Part shown: piece by piece, positions 1-14,374 of the stretch
How the letters are laid out: every line of letters starts with the position of its first letter
How positions within the stretch are numbered: the stretch's first letter is position 1
NCBI RefSeq assembly: GCF_008831285.2
Contig: NC_045138.2
Location: 4,588,001-4,652,000, forward strand
DNA from: Nymphaea colorata
Lineage: Eukaryota
Direction of reading: 5' to 3'
DNA length: 64,000 nt
Translations under genes and position numbers: made by a program
Notes under the pieces: model-generated
Databases searched by the model: none
What the model saw: the letters and a program-made list of their open reading frames with translations, nothing else
What the model was told of the DNA's origin: nothing

Positions 1-3000
1 GTCCGCTTTGACTAAACTCTGTCGAACTACAACTCAGCTCAAGTAAGAGCTTTCTTAGCTCAAATTTATCAACTTACCTCAAACAAATCAAACTACTCGA
101 AAATGAGCTTTGACTTAGGTCAATTGGTCGAAATTGACCAATCTGGATAATTTTGCCCTTTCATGGTCAAATTGAGATTACATAGCCTAAATTGGTTTAC
201 AAAAGACACATATACAATTTTGATTTATCAAATACATAAATCAAATACCAAATTAAAATTCAATATTTCAAACAAAAAGTTTGATTCAGTTGAAATCCTT
301 TTTCTAATCAACTTATGGATGAAAATACCCTTTTCAAGCCAAATTTGATAGAATTTTTAAATTTTACTTAAATTTAAATTGGATTATCATAATTGAATGA
401 TATTTGAAGTTTAGTAACTAGGTTTTAACCTAACAAGTTCGATTTCAAACAAAAAAAAAAGCACAAAATAAGGAAAAACCCTGTACAAGGGCATTTTCAT
501 CCAAAATTTTGGTCAAAGTTGGTCAGCTAGGTCTGAACCAATGTTGACCAAACCTAGCCCAGCCCACCTAGTTCGTGTAAATGGGCAAAGAAATGGTCAA
601 TTAGAGCCTTTAAACCCTCTTTAACTCATTTTATAAGTTCTCAAGCAAGTTCCTAAGGTGAGTTAAGGAGGTGGTTGAACCCACCTCCTCCTTTATATAT
701 GCCTCCCCTTGGCCACCAAGAGGGAGGACAAAATTTTTGAAGGAGTATCAATTAAGGATCTAAGAGGGAGAGGCCAAGGAGGAGAAGAAGATTTCGTTCA
801 AGCCTTTTTCACCCTTTCTCCCATTTCCTTCTTCATTTTCTTCTATTCTCCCTACTGATTTTGCTAAGTTAGGGTGCTAAAGTGGACCCTTACTTAGGAT
901 TTTTGTAGTGAGAAACTCTCTTTACTACTCCAAATTCCAGCAAGCAAGCTATTCTACTTCTAGCTTTGCTAAGCTCGAATCCAAGCTTGGATTCTTTCTT
1001 AGGATTGCTCGATTTAGAAAACAAATGAAGGCGAAAATCAAACATCAAGACCAACCACAAGGTAGGTGATTTTAAGTCATTTCTCATATACTTTATCTTC
1101 TTGTTGTTCATTTTAATTTCAGTAATTCGTGGGAGGGATTATTTTCATTTATGTTATAGCTGAGAATGATGTCCAGTTAGGGGAAACATACAATTCAATC
1201 TACATGTTAATGCATAATGCATGCATACGTTGGTTTTTCTTAAAAACACTCATATATCAAATTTTGAAATGGGCCCCAAGGCTACGTCCCTTTCAAAACA
1301 ACCAGCTTAATACCATCTTAAACTCCCTACCATGAGAGAATCCCACGGTGAGAGAGTGATTTTGCTACAACATATATGATGAAAATGCCTATTAGAGATG
1401 GACATTCCTATGAATATGATCCACTCTTGCATGGCGAAATGATGGATGAACAAGCTTGAGCATTGTTTCGTTTTTCTTGTTATTTAAAGTCACTTTGATT
1501 CATATCTTTCAACTTAATTGATCAAGGGTAGTAGAGGAGATTGTAAACAAGTTTTCAATCTTTCTATGTAAAAGAACCCAGCCATGAATCATCATGATTC
1601 ATGAGTCATGCGGTCCCTTGATTAAATTCCATTTTGAAGAGTAAGACACATATATATATATATATATATTGTTATATATATACACGTGCAATCTCTTCTT
1701 AAAAATCATTTTCCTCTCTTAAAATCAGGTTGGAACACGTTTGCAAACTGGTTTTAAGAAAACAGATCATTTTGATTTTCATTACACCAAGTTATGAGAT
1801 CATTTTCATTTCATTTTAAAATTTGCTCAATTTCAGCAATCCATAAATAAGATCTATGTATGTTGTTGAAATCATACCATGTTTTATAGGAATTGGTTTA
1901 AGAATGTCAAAGTTTACATATTTGAAATGCCAACTATCCTACAACCATCCAAAAATGTTGACGATTTCATGAGTAGGAAATCTGAAATTTGATGAAGGAC
2001 TTCTCACTTCTATCTAAGAAACAAGCCCTTTATTGGGATCAATGTCCACAAGTTTCAGCCATCTAAATCAATATAAGATCTAATTTTTTGGATATCTTGA
2101 GACAAAAATGGATGTCATCTACGTCTCCCATCTTTTTCAAAAATTGATTTTGGCATCATTTGTATATATTTCATCATTTTCATAATTTTATGTTAAGTTC
2201 CAAGCTTATGGACTACATCTCTAATTCATGTGCTTAATCATATAATAAGCACATTTAGAGAAAGTCCTACATTTTAATTAAAATCAATCTTTATGTGTAA
2301 ATTGTATGACATGCAATTACAATGGATGAACTTTGAGAGATTATGGGAGAGTGAAGAATGTATATTTCATATGAATGAATCTTGAGAGATTATGAGAGAA
2401 AGAAGAATGAATGTTTCATATAGTTTCCCTTCTCATTTCATGCATTCACTTTCACTCAAAATCAATAGCACCACATGCACATTCTCAAGAAGTTAAGTGA
2501 TCCAAATTTGAGTTGCAAAAAGTGACCAAGTTATATTGCAACAAGAATTTTTAAACTTCTCTTAACTTCAAAAGAAAACACAAGCAATGCATTCATAATC
2601 TTGGCCAAAGTGTGTTTGAAAAACAACACGTTTTCTAACAATTTGGAACCTAGGTTTTATATATATATAAAAAAAGGAATTCTAGCAAACCAAATCACAT
2701 GATTTGGCAAAATAAGAATTTAAAAATCAATTTTCTTTGCTAAGGAAACTTGGCTATTTTACCAAAAGTTGATCATCATTTCAACTCATCATATTGAGCT
2801 CACAACAAAGAACTCAATCTTCAAAATCCTCAAGATTTGTGGATTTCAAATAGTACAAAAACAAAGGTTTTTTGAACCAACTTAAGAATCCTCCAATATT
2901 CAAAACGAGTTTAAATCACTTATTCAAAATGAATTTTGGTTCTTGAATCCAAGCCTCAATGCATAAGCATATAGGATTTGCATCAAAAACTCGTATATGA

Positions 3001-3178
3001 TCCAAATGGTCCTTAGTCCTTGATTCAATTACGCCTGTTAAAGGCGGTAGGAACGGTTGGACCTCGTACCTATGGGTGGATCCATTTCTCTTAAAAATTT
3101 CTCCTCAAAACCTCAATTTTAAAAGAATTTTGCTGATTCACAATCGACCCCCATTGAAAAAGGGATGGGGTGCGAACA
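1..3178 (+). mobile_element. 3' part of an Ogre/Tat-type LTR (probable solo LTR; 5' end outside the window)
   Basis: The motif near 3020-3085 (ccttgattcaattac...aaaggcggtaggaacggttggacctcgtacc...tgggtggatcc) resembles the terminal motif of the LTRs at 30405-30470 and 51425-51490. It ends ...GGGGTGCGAACA at 3178. No PBS follows. Confidence 0.55.
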
Positions 3179-4659
3179 TTTGGATATTTATGTAATTTTT
3201 TATTTTTTCCTTATGTATTTTCTTTTTTGTTTATGTACTTTTCATTTTGTTTATTTTATGTTTTTTCTTTTTAACTAGGCTTTGACTAGTCCCAACAGCT
3301 AGATGTATGGCCGTTGGAACTAGTCCAATGTCTAGTTCCTCTTCTCTCCTGTAGTCTCCCTCTATATGAAGGGTGGCTATTTGCTTGTTTTGTGTAGGCT
3401 TGGAGGCCTGGTTTTGTATCCTATTGAAGGTTAATTAGAAGCATTGCACCTCTATTTTGAAGTTTTCTCTTGTGACTTCTTCAGGTGGTTGATATCTTTT
3501 AAGAGTACAATTCTTAAAGTGTTTCTTTTTCAAGTCGAGTATGAGTAATGAACAAAGTAAAATAGGCACCTTTTTCACCCAAAGTAAATCTGCCCTCTTT
3601 TTACATTCTCTCTTGTTTAGGGTGGTATCTTTCTTACTGCAAATACATGAAAAGAAAGAAAGATTTATCTGAAGAAGAGAAAGGAACTGCAACTAAACAA
3701 AAACATGCAGATCTGACCATGGCAAGGAGCTGTGGTTATAGCATTCCTGCCTACTGGGGTTCAGGCAAGGTAAACACCGTGGCTGTGAGGGGTATAAATC
3801 ATTTCTAACAGTTACAATTAATGTCGAGGCTGTTGCATGTAACAAGCAAAGCAGATTTTTGCATTACCCACAAAATGACCATGGCCATCGTGCCCATTGC
3901 GGATGCTATATATATATATATATATGTAAACTACTAATTTTGATTAGAACATAAAAGTTGATACAATCTTTTTTGCATAATTATCTTTATAATATTTGAT
4001 ACATTTTAGAATATGAAAACTCTATATTGACAGGACCAACAGCAGATGCTGAAATCATGCTCCCCCTTTAGCTAAATTCACACTGAACGTGAATCTAAGC
4101 TAACCAAGACCATCTTCTTCTTGTTTTCATGACAGCCTTCACAAGGGAAAATAGGAACAGAAGCAGATCGAGTGCAGAACAGCTTCAATTGTCAACAACT
4201 CAAGCTTGAAGAGACAGGCGATCTGTTCCTTTGCATCCCCTCAGACATGTTGTAGCTACTGCATCATTTTGTTGGAGAGTAATATTATTGAAGTCCGCCA
4301 GAGACATGAAATTGGGGAGGTCAGAAAGCCATAGCTGTCTTAGTTCAGTGATGCAGACGTTCTACATAGTTGAGTGCCAAAACGCTTGGCTGGCATTTGC
4401 GTGAGGATGTATATATATATATATATATATATATGTTCTCTGTTCAACACTGAAAGATCCTCCATTCTATCACCAAAGTTTGTAACAAGGTTTTAGCATC
4501 ACCCTAGTGGATGTTTAATTGGTTCACTGAAATCTGCAAATTCTAGGGTCAACATTGACAGCTCTAGAAGAGCAAAGCCTTTTATAAGCCGATAGGGTAC
4601 AAATTGAGAATAAATGTTTAAAATGAACAGTCATTGCAGGAGATGTGCTGCAGCAGCGA

Positions 4660-5020
4660 AAAGAAAGAGCATGCAAGATGCACAGATTGGGCGAAGAACC
4701 TATATGACCTATTACAACAAGCGGCTTCGCAGTTCGCCCCTTCCCCTTTATGGTGAATGGTTGGGCGCGGGGCAGGGAAACACAATGTTTCCGATGCTTT
4801 TGCCTGGAGCTGGATTGGTGTTCACTGTGGGGCCCAATGCAAGTCTGGCATGGGCAACACTGGCAGCAATGAAGCTTCTTTTAACACAGAGCTTCATTGG
4901 GATGTAGCTCCGCTACTCAAGGAAGAGTTGCAGCAAAACCTCTCACGCAGCACAGGCAGCACAGGACCAAGGGGGAATTCAAAAAAGGTTGCAGTTTGAA
5001 CTGAACAATCCCTTTTCTTT
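4660..5020. repeat. Dispersed direct copy of the mosaic-module segment at ~41300-41650 (3' part also at 18385-18480)
   Basis: Collinear match: aaagagc(a/g)tgcaagatgcacagattggg...gaagcttcttttaacacagagcttcattggg...aaaggttgcagtttgaactgaacaa. Confidence 0.85.
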
Positions 5021-5222
5021 ACCTTGATTTTAAACTAGTAAATGGGAAAATGGAAGGAAATAATTCAGAAAAAAAAGAAGGAAAGTTCACCATTGTGAAT
5101 ATAAAATCGTTTGGTCAGCAAAGCCTTGGAGTCAACCGACATCCGAGGAGCAGCTTCAGCAAGGTCTTCTCTTCTTCTTGCTGCCATAAAATTTCCTTGC
5201 AGTAAAATCTCTCTCTCTCTTT

Positions 5223-5531
5223 TGTTAGAACAACACAAAATTCTTCTTTCTCACTCTCAAGAGGGGGTTAGAAGCAACAAGGAAGAGGACAAATATTTAC
5301 GTGGTTTGGAGTAATAATCTCCTACCTCCACGGTCGCACAGATCTTTCTCTATTCACTCACAGTTGAACACAGACACTCTTAGAGAAGAAGACACACACA
5401 CAAAAAAGAAACTGTGGTCCTCCTCTCAACATAAGGATTAGGGTGAAACCCGCATTTGTACAAAATGACTTAAATGGATCTGCGGTATTGCATATGAGTG
5501 TCCAGTATGGATCAAGTTCCATACACCAACA
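5223..5531 (-). repeat. 3' LTR (~309 bp) of the copia element
   Basis: TGTT...AACA termini; polypurine tract at 5532-5544 on the minus strand. Confidence 0.85.
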
Positions 5532-5586
5532 ATCTCCCACTTGGAATTTGATCCATCCAAGTGCTTGTACATCACATACTCAACCT

Positions 5587-8127
5587 TAGAGACCAACTGA
5601 GGTTAAACATAACCTCAACTTCTCAGCAGTCACTGGCTTTGTCAACATGTCTGCTGGATTCTCTATTCCACGAACTTTTTCAAGAGATAGTATCTTCTCT
5701 TCCAACAAATGTCAAATGAAATGATACTTCAATTCAATATGCTTTGTTCTAGCATGGAACACTGAATTATTGGCTAAATGAATTGCACTTTGACTATCAC
5801 AAGAGAGAACACTCTTATCTCTCTTTACATGCAATTCTTTTAGAATAGTCTTTAGCCAAATCATCTCTTTACTGGCTTCTGTAATTTCAATATATTCAGC
5901 TTCAGTAGTAGACAATGCAACAACTTTTGAAGCTGTAAAACCCAACTCATACAGGTTCCTCCTAGGGTGTAAATGTACCCGGTGGTACTCCTCCTACTGT
6001 CAAGAACACCACCTAAATCTGCATCCACAAAGTCATGCAAAAGTAATTCATTTTTCTTAAAACAAAGGCTCATACCTGAAGTTAATTTCAAATATCGTAA
6101 TATCCACTTCACAGCCTCCCAATGTTTCTTTCCAGGCTCAACCATGTATCTGCTCACTGCTCCCACAGCTTGTGCGATGTCTGGTCTAATGCAAATCATA
6201 GCATACATCAAGTTACCCACTACTAAAGCATATGGAATCATTGACATTTCTTCATGTTCTTCATTTGTCTTAGGTGACAAATCCTTGGACAATTTGAAAT
6301 GACTAGAAAGAGGCGTACTAACAGGTTTAACATCTTGCATCTTATACCTGTACAAGATCTTTTCAATATAATTTTGTTGAGACAAATTTAAGGTACCTGT
6401 CTTACTGTCCCTACTAATTCTCATCCCGAGGATTTGTTTGACAGCGCCTAGATCTTTCATTTCAAACTCCTTTAATAGTTGTTCTTTCAAGGAATTGATC
6501 TCTTGCAAATTTGAGCTTGCAATAAGCATATCATCCACATATAATAGTAAAATGATATAACAACTATCAAAGTTCTTGAAATAGCAACAGTGATCCATAT
6601 CACACTTCTTAAAGGCATTTCTTCCCATGAAGTTATCAAACTTTTTGTACCACTGTCTCGATGCCTGCTTCAAACCATAGAGACTCTTCTCTAACTTGCA
6701 TACAAGACTTTCTTTTCCTAGTACATGGAAACCTTCAGGTTGCACCATATAAATATCTTCCTCCAAATCCTCAAGAAGGAATGCAGTTTTTACATCTAGT
6801 TGCTCCAAATATAAATTTTCAGATGCAACTAAACCTAATACCAATCTTATAGTAGTTAGTTTTACAATAAGAGAGAAAATTTCTGTATAATCTATACCTT
6901 CTGTCTGTTGAAAACCTTTCACTACTAACCTTGCTTTGTACATTTTTCTTCCATCTGCTTCTTCTTTAATCCTGTATACCCATTTGTTTTGCAATGCTTT
7001 CTTCCCACAAGGAAGCTTAGTTAATTTCCATGTTCTGTTAGCATGTAGAGAGTCCATCTCTTCTTTCATAGCTAACTCCCACTTAACTGAATCTGTAACT
7101 TGCATTGCTTCATCAAAACACTCGGGTTCTCCAGCATCAGTTAACAACAAGTAATGTAAGTAACGAGAATACCTTCGATTTGGTTTTGGCCTTCTACTTG
7201 ATTTCCTCAATGGAGGTTGGGATGTGCTTCGCTCTTGTTCCATCTAACTGTTTCCAACTTGAGTCTTAATTGCAACATCATCTTTGGAGATATCTTCAAG
7301 TTCTACAATGTCTTGACTTATGTCACGATGTTCATTATTCTCAGACATAAGACTATCATTGTCTTTGTACAAAGCCATCTCATTGAACACTACGTCATTA
7401 TGTCTAATAATTTTCTTCGCTTTATCATCCAAAAAATGATACCCAAACTCATCATTTCCATAACCAATGAAATAACATTTCCTGAACTTAGGATCTAATT
7501 TATCCCTTTTATCTGAGTCTATATATATGTAAGAGATACAACCAAAGACTCTTAAGTGTGCAAGATTTGCCTCCTTGCCGATCCAGGCTTCTTCCCATAG
7601 TCCAAAGGAGCAGAAGGCCCATGATTTATCAAATATGCAGCAGTACTGATTGCATCAGCCCAAAAAACTTTGGCAAGCCTGAATACAGTCTCATGCTCCT
7701 TGCTCTTTCACAAAGGGTTCTGTTCATTCTTTCAGCAACCCTATTTTGTTGTGGTTTTTTAGGGATCGTCCTTTGTGTTCGAATCCCATGATCTGCACAA
7801 AAGTCTTTAAACTCTCTACTGTCATACTCACCTCTATTGTCTGACCGTAGACATTTAGTCTTCTTTTCGGTCTGATTTTCTACTTCTGCTTTTCACCTTT
7901 TAAAAACATTAAACACGTGAGATTTATGCTTGAGAAAATAGACCCATACCTTTCTGGTACAATCATCAATAAATGTGACATAGTATAGGGATCCTCCAAG
8001 AGAACGAACTAGAGCTGATCCCCAAACATCAGTATGCACCAATTCTAACTTTTCCTTCTTTGGAGGCCGTCCACCTTTGGAGAAGGTGACCATTTTTTGT
8101 TTCCCGAACACATAGTTTTCACATGGC
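5587..8127 (-). pseudogene. Copia pol polyprotein remnant with frameshifts and stops
   Basis: ORFs 7893-8111, 7244-7432, 5861-7243 and 5712-5945 lie in changing frames and join into the INT-RT-RH order. Confidence 0.9.
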
Positions 8128-8409
8128 TGTCAAAAACAGCATTCCATTACAAGAAACAGTTACAAGTATTTATACAAGAGAGAAAGATGAGGAAGGGGCT
8201 GAACTAGCCGTTGGGCTAGTTTCAACGGCTCTTAATAGAGCTGTTGGAACTGCCAACGACTAGCTCAATGATACAAAAATAAAAAATAAAAAATAAGAAA
8301 TAAAAGGAAAACAGAAAAGGAAAAATAAACAAAATCCTAAAATAAGTCCTAACTAAGGTAATACCTAATTAAGAGGTAACAACTAATTAAGAAATCCTAT
8401 TTCTTAACA
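8128..8409. mobile_element. Short LTR-like insertion (~280 bp) at the truncation point of the copia
   Basis: TGTCAA...TTAACA termini. Its ctagccgttgg/tgttggaact motifs recur in inverted form at ~3280-3400. No TSD match (atggc/ggtgg). Confidence 0.45.
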
Positions 8410-9014
8410 GGTGGGCCCCCCTCCGTCCACCCCTGGATATGTACTTACACTTGACCTTTTTGCACTCTTCACCTTGTAAAAGCAATTGACATTTGACAAT
8501 GGCCTCATGAGTGATGGTACCAAATACATCATCTTTGAAGTAATAAATCAATTTGACTATGTTTCAATAACCTTTCGTATGCTTTGAGAGGTAGGCAATC
8601 TGTTCCTACACATTGCTGCAAATGCATTTCATGGGTGAACGATGTCCACCAAGGGCTTGAGTTTGGGGGAACAAGAAAGCCACAAGCACCCGAGTTTCTC
8701 GACATTGCCATAAACTACAAAAAGGAACAACGTATCCTGGTGTGTCTCTACTAAGTGGGAAAATATTAACTAATATCAAACATGAGGTGGAGCCAAGAAT
8801 GTTTCGTTGCAAGAGCCAAACTATAGTTCAAAATTTAAACAATTTTCTAAATTTTCACTTATGTTAAACTAAATTTTTTGAATATACATATAAATTTTTG
8901 AATTTTTTGAATCAAGAAGTGCAGGTAGGGATGCGGGTGGGGGTGAGGGTTCGCTCCAATTCATCAAACACGAGAAACACTCATCTTAGAATCTTCATTC
9001 CATTCCATCACACA

Positions 9015-9217
9015 CAGAGGCGGAGGGAAGGAGGGGCTTGACAGGGATCTTGGTCCCCCTCAGATTTTAAAAACCTAAAAAAATATATATATATGTAAAT
9101 CTAAAAAATTTTAGTTTAATATATATATATAAATTTAAATTTTCTATTTTGGCCTCTTTTAAAATTTCAAAACCATAGTTTGGCCCCTACGACAAAAAAT
9201 TCTTGGCTCCAACCCTG
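9015..9217. mobile_element. hAT-type MITE
   Basis: TIRs CAGAGGCGGAG...CTCCAACCCTG and a degenerate 8-bp TSD atcacaca/attacgca. Partial relatives lie at ~8783 and ~9536. Confidence 0.7.
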
Positions 9218-9319
9218 ATTACGCATGTCTCATAACTAGAATGGGGAAAACGGTTCCCATGCGAGTGATTCCTTGAAACAATTTTCTGGAAACAAGTTAC
9301 CAGTTGAAGGTTTCCAAAG

Positions 9320-9900
9320 GATCAAACTATACATAAAAGACAAATCTATATGGGTATAATTAGTCAATGATACACACTTTTAATCTACTACACCCTTTTT
9401 TAAGTACCCACTGCCCTTGATCTCTCCCTTTCACTTTTAGCTTCTCATGCTCTCTTACATAACTTTATCGATAGTGTTTTTTTCCTCTCTTATTTGTCTT
9501 TTCCTTATTTCTTTGTTGCCGTCGAAGATACAAGCAGGGGTAGAGTCAGAAATTTTTCATTAGGGGCAGAATTATAGTTTCAAAATTTTTAACAACAGCA
9601 AAAATAATTTTTTAAAAATTTGCACATCAGAATTTTTTGTAAAAATTTACATGTAATTTTTTTTTGGGGGTCTAAATACCAGCAATTGGGGATCATAAAA
9701 TCAGGGAAGACGAGTTCAGCTTGGACTCGTTGGAAAATCAGTTTAGTATGAGACCTTTCGCACCAATCATAATTAGATCAAATCTTTTGCTAATGTAAGA
9801 AGTAAAATGAGAATCTCAATTGTAGATATATTAGTTTGATTTAAGATCCTTAGTTTGATAAACTACATTTATTGCTGTGGATCTTTCATCACATCAAGTT
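9320..9900. repeat. Segment with an inverted paralog at 30755-30773 plus 37699-38240
   Basis: Reverse-complement match, e.g. gagttcagcttggactcgttggaaaatcagttt vs aaactgattttccaacgagtccaagctgaactc. Confidence 0.85.
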
Positions 9901-10985
9901 TTGGAAAGGTTTTTTGAAAACCTAAGTTTTCTAATGAGTTTTCAAAATTTGTTTATTTGTTTGGTGGTACACCCAAAATCTAGTTTTATATGAATTTTAA
10001 CCTAATGGGGGATCGGCTTTTCTACTCTATTTTACGAAACTAGGTTTTGAGCGTGTAAATACTCCAAAAAACCTGGTTTTGAAGTGTCATTTAAATTTTT
10101 TCCAACATATAACATCCTACTTTTCAAAAATCTTAAGGGGGCCCCTTTGCTTTGCCCCTGTCCATAAGCACTTCTCTGATTTATTATTGTAAGACTTACA
10201 TTGCAAATTAAAACTACTTGTTCCAGTGTTGATAAACCAAATCAAATATGCTAAAAAGTGTGGGAGGCCTAAGCGCTCATTTTTTTACTCCCAGTGGTTT
10301 CATAAATTTGTTTTGAAGAATGAAGCGGACTCACAAGATATGGTATTACAATGTTTTACAAAAATACACTAACTTTAGAACAAATTGTCACAAACTGTTT
10401 TTGTCACCAAAACATAACATATTCTTGAAAATAAATTTGTAAAGAAGCTTGGCCCAGTAGAAGGGGCACGGCTGGCATTGCCGGCAACTTGGAACGAGTT
10501 CTTGAACGAGTTTTTTTTTTTTTTTTGCTTTTTTTTAGTGTAATATGGTTTGTCTCCTAGGTAAAAGGCAGCAAGCAAGCAGGGGCTGTCTTCATTTTCT
10601 CTATGTCTCACCAGCCGTATTTCCATGTTTTGTCAGTTGATTAATGGAAAACTTCTACCGCTCAGTGTTATTGAGAATGATAAGTAAAATGATGATATTG
10701 GCGAGCTAGTTTTAGATGTTTGGCTGTTTATTTTTTGTATTCTAAAAACAAAGAGAGAGAAACAAGAACATCTATAAGGGTGCATAGCACCTTCCAAGAT
10801 TTGAACTACCAACAAAGCTACAATATGACATCCAATCTAACCGGTTGCACTACTTACCACCAAAATTGGTTAAAGTGCATGACCCACGTTAAGGCAAGAC
10901 ATGAGACCATGTGACATGACCCATATGAACAAAAATATGGACCATAATTCATATGTAAATGTATCTTTCTTTTATTCAAAATGTA

Positions 10986-11069
<84 letters not shown>
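10986..11069. repeat. Compound (CA)n(TA)n microsatellite
   Basis: Seen directly. Shorter inverted versions occur in the paralogs at ~20155-20192 and ~45064-45097. Confidence 0.95.
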
Positions 11070-11073
<4 letters not shown>

Positions 11074-12470
11074 CAAAAAAGATCACTTTCAAGCAACAGC
11101 TAGCGATCTTGATAACCAAACCCATACAAAGTTTTCCAGAAAATATATATAAAGACTAGATTCCTAAATATAAAGTCTTTTCAGAATAATATATATATAT
11201 ATATAAATTAAATCCACAAAATTGACTAACCTACGTATGACATAAAAATAAATGGGAGTAAGATGTCAGTGAAAGTTGAATATGAAGGAAATACATTTCA
11301 CAATTGACAACATATTTATAGGTGTTTGACACCTACCATGTTCCTTTATAAATCAATTGCATTGGTTGAATCCTCATAAGTCACTTGATTCCTTCAAATT
11401 TGAACTATTTGATATAAATCTGACATGACATGTTTTTGACTGATGTGCCAAAACATCTATGGTAAAACTGATAATTCATGAAACTAAGGATCTTAGGTTG
11501 GATCCTGAAATCCTTGATTCACCTTTTTTGTTTGCATTGAGAAAATGTCAGATTTAGGATAGGAGAGTCCGACTTTAAGTCCATGGTTATTAAATCCTGA
11601 GGATTTTAGATCAAATGCAAACAAATGTCCTTTGAGCACTTAATACGTCTCCAAATACAACATGAAAACATGGACAACTCGGAAGTACATAGGCTAGAAG
11701 AAAATCTGGGTGAAGTAACAATTAAAATCTCCAACCAGATAAGCCTGTCAGACCAACCTCAACTAAGTCCACCAACGCAAACCTGGTGACTGCTGGACAT
11801 AGTAGGCCACCACATACCCGACTATGCAGCATGAACTTGGTAGAAATGGACTGTCCCCCTGAGTTGCCCAAATTGATCAAGGCCATCACTAGGTCTGAGC
11901 TAAGTTGAGTCTTCAGCCATTACCAACTCCATTTAGTGTTCAATTTCAATTAACATATCATTAATCTCAACTTTATCAATTTCATTGCCTAATATCGCAC
12001 TTAGGCTAAACAAATTGGCATTTGAAGCTGTTTTCCATCAAGTTGACTTGCATTGTCATTAGTTTATAGGAGGACACAATTAAGAGTGGCACACTTGATT
12101 TGACCGAACGAGTATGAAATATGCTGAGTTTGTTCAAGTCAAGGCATCAATGCAGCAAGATCTTATTTTTAATTATAGCACTCAACATACCAGTCAAGTC
12201 AATTTTTGAACGCAAAGGCAGTCGAATTGCATGTATTCTGATCTGGAAATTCAAAAAACATTACTAGGCTTCTCCAGGTAGGTTAGGCCAAATTAATAAG
12301 AGATAAAGTGCTTCATTGTTTCTACTTTGTGTGCTATTTATGTACTACGTGCATGTTGTTTGTCAGATGAACTAAAACTTCTCTGTTTGACAATAAGTGA
12401 AGTCCTTTATGGAGCATTTGGTATCTTCGGATTTGAGATCGCTAGAATCTCTGATTCATGAATTTAAGGA

Positions 12471-12909
12471 CAGTTCTCATTCCATTCAACCTCAAATTTG
12501 ATGTTTCCGCCATAAGTGCCTAGGAAACAAATCGTCTTTTTTCACATAGTAGTAAAATTCAGTGTTTGTTTCCATTGTGCATCCCACGTAAAAAGGACCT
12601 TAGCCAGATCAGCTTTGGAATTGAAATCTGAGGTTAATTGTCAAACACACTCTTAGTGTCTGAAGATGACAGACGTGAACCAAAGGAAGGTCAGTTCTCA
12701 TTCCATTCAACCTCAAATTTGATGTTTTCGCCATAAGTTCCTAGGAAACAAATCCTCTTTTTTCACATAGTAGTAAAATTCAGTGTTTGTTTCCATTGTG
12801 CATCCCACGTAAAAAGGATCTTAGCCGGATCAGCTTTGAAATTGAAATCAGAGGTTAATTGTCAAACACACTCTTAGTGTTTGAAGATGACAGACGTGAA
12901 CCAAAGGAA
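12471..12909. repeat. Tandem duplication, 221-bp unit x2
   Basis: cagttctcattccattcaacctc...gacagacgtgaaccaaaggaa starts at 12471 and again at 12692. Confidence 0.95.
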
Positions 12910-14374
12910 CTAGGTGCTAAATATGTATAATATATCGAACCATGCATGTGTGGAGGTTGAAATGCCTTGTACACTTGGACAAAGTTTGGGTTTAGATTTT
13001 GGGCTTGGCTCGAGGCAGTGGGCTGTTGGCCACTTTAATTTTCATTGAACTTTTTGTAATTGTTTAGGCAAATTGAACCTTTAGTGGGTTCCTTGCAAAC
13101 CCAAAGTAGAATAATACCTTCTTCACTCAAACTGGCAGGACGTTTGATGTGCATTCTGTGGTGTCTTGTTCTTTGATTGCTCTTTTGAAAGAAAACCTTT
13201 AGTTTCTTATATGTTTGTAAATTCTGTATGTGTTGTTTCCCTTAAAATAGATGTTTTTGCCGTGTGTGAATTTCTATTCCCATAAATTGATGGTTCTCCT
13301 GCTGATTCAAATCAGCAATTATGAATATATGATGTGATTCTCAAATTTATTAAATAAATAATTTTAAATCATTGCTAGTAATCAAATATCCATATTTGAA
13401 ATTTAAAAGATCAAATATGATCTCTTGCATTTTTCAAGTATGTCTTGGAGGTGAAAATGGAGAGTGTTATGCAAATGATTTAGCGTTATAAAGTGGTAAC
13501 TTATAAGAGAACAGCATCTATAAAAGCAAAGATGTAATAAAAATAATAATAACATTGTTGTCAACGAGCGTGGCCATCCACCTGAATTTGCAAAAAAAAT
13601 CAAGTTTCTTGACCTTATTGTAAACTGAGGGTATAAATATCAAAACTAACAATATTGATGTTACGTAAAGCAACTAACATTTTTGCTCAACAAAAGAAAT
13701 GTTATTATTGTCGACGATAATTTTGCAGCCTATAAGGAAATGATATCTATAAAAATAAAGAAACAAACAAAAATAATAATTGCATCGCTATCAACAAACA
13801 AATTCGGCGACACATAGTTGTAATAAAAATCAAAGATATGCCTAGAGATTATTGGAAAAAGAGAGTATAAGTATCAAATCAAACACTATGATCCTTAAGG
13901 CCAATGGTGGCCTTCCATGGTGGAAAACCAAGTTAAATCTCATGCTTTCATTACAAGACTTCTCCCAACTTTTCTTCAGGCAGTCCTACTTATAGTGAAG
14001 GACCTTTCTCTCTGGCTATCCAACCGGACGATTAACTCCAAACCAGGTTGTCCTTTCTTCTTCCTTTTTATAGTGGCAGTCCAGGAGTTGCGCATCCAAT
14101 AGTTTATCAGGGCGTTGTAGTCATCGATGATGGAGGTGTTCTAGTTCTCAGATATTGTGCACCACTTGTTTTTTGAATTGCATCATTGCAGTTCATTGAA
14201 GAACTGGATGATTTCTTTTGGGTATCATCTTATACTCTGGTTTTTAGAGTCACCATGGCACATGAAACTGTTTAGAGTTCAGCGGCAGTCGTTATACTGC
14301 ATATGCTGAGAGGAGTGAAGCGTGGGAGGGAGGAGCATATGCAACGATTTTGGATCTGGTAGCACATCGACTAC

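Larger units (their letters stand above)
5223..8127 (-). mobile_element. 5'-truncated Ty1/copia retrotransposon (integrase-RT-RNase H, PPT, 3' LTR)
   Basis: Minus-strand ORFs carry integrase (LELVHTDVWG...FIDD), RT (YKARLVVKGF, QLDVKTAFL, SLYGLKQ, LLLYVDDMLI) and RNase H (ALSTTEAEY, CDSQSAIHLA, RTKHIELKYHFI). The PPT ccaagtgggagat abuts the LTR. Confidence 0.95.

Noticed and set aside
10854..11159. ORFs with poly-(HT)/(YI)/(CV) runs
   Set aside because: Translation of microsatellites.
13606..13625. ttcttgaccttattgtaa resembling the TAS3 tasiR-ARF sequence
   Set aside because: Only ~11 nt match before an indel, it lies in an AT-rich context, and I saw no flanking miR390 sites.
13842..13865. 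tagagattattggaaaaagagag as a miR2275-like trigger site
   Set aside because: It needs a bulge plus several mismatches, which is too weak without degradome data.
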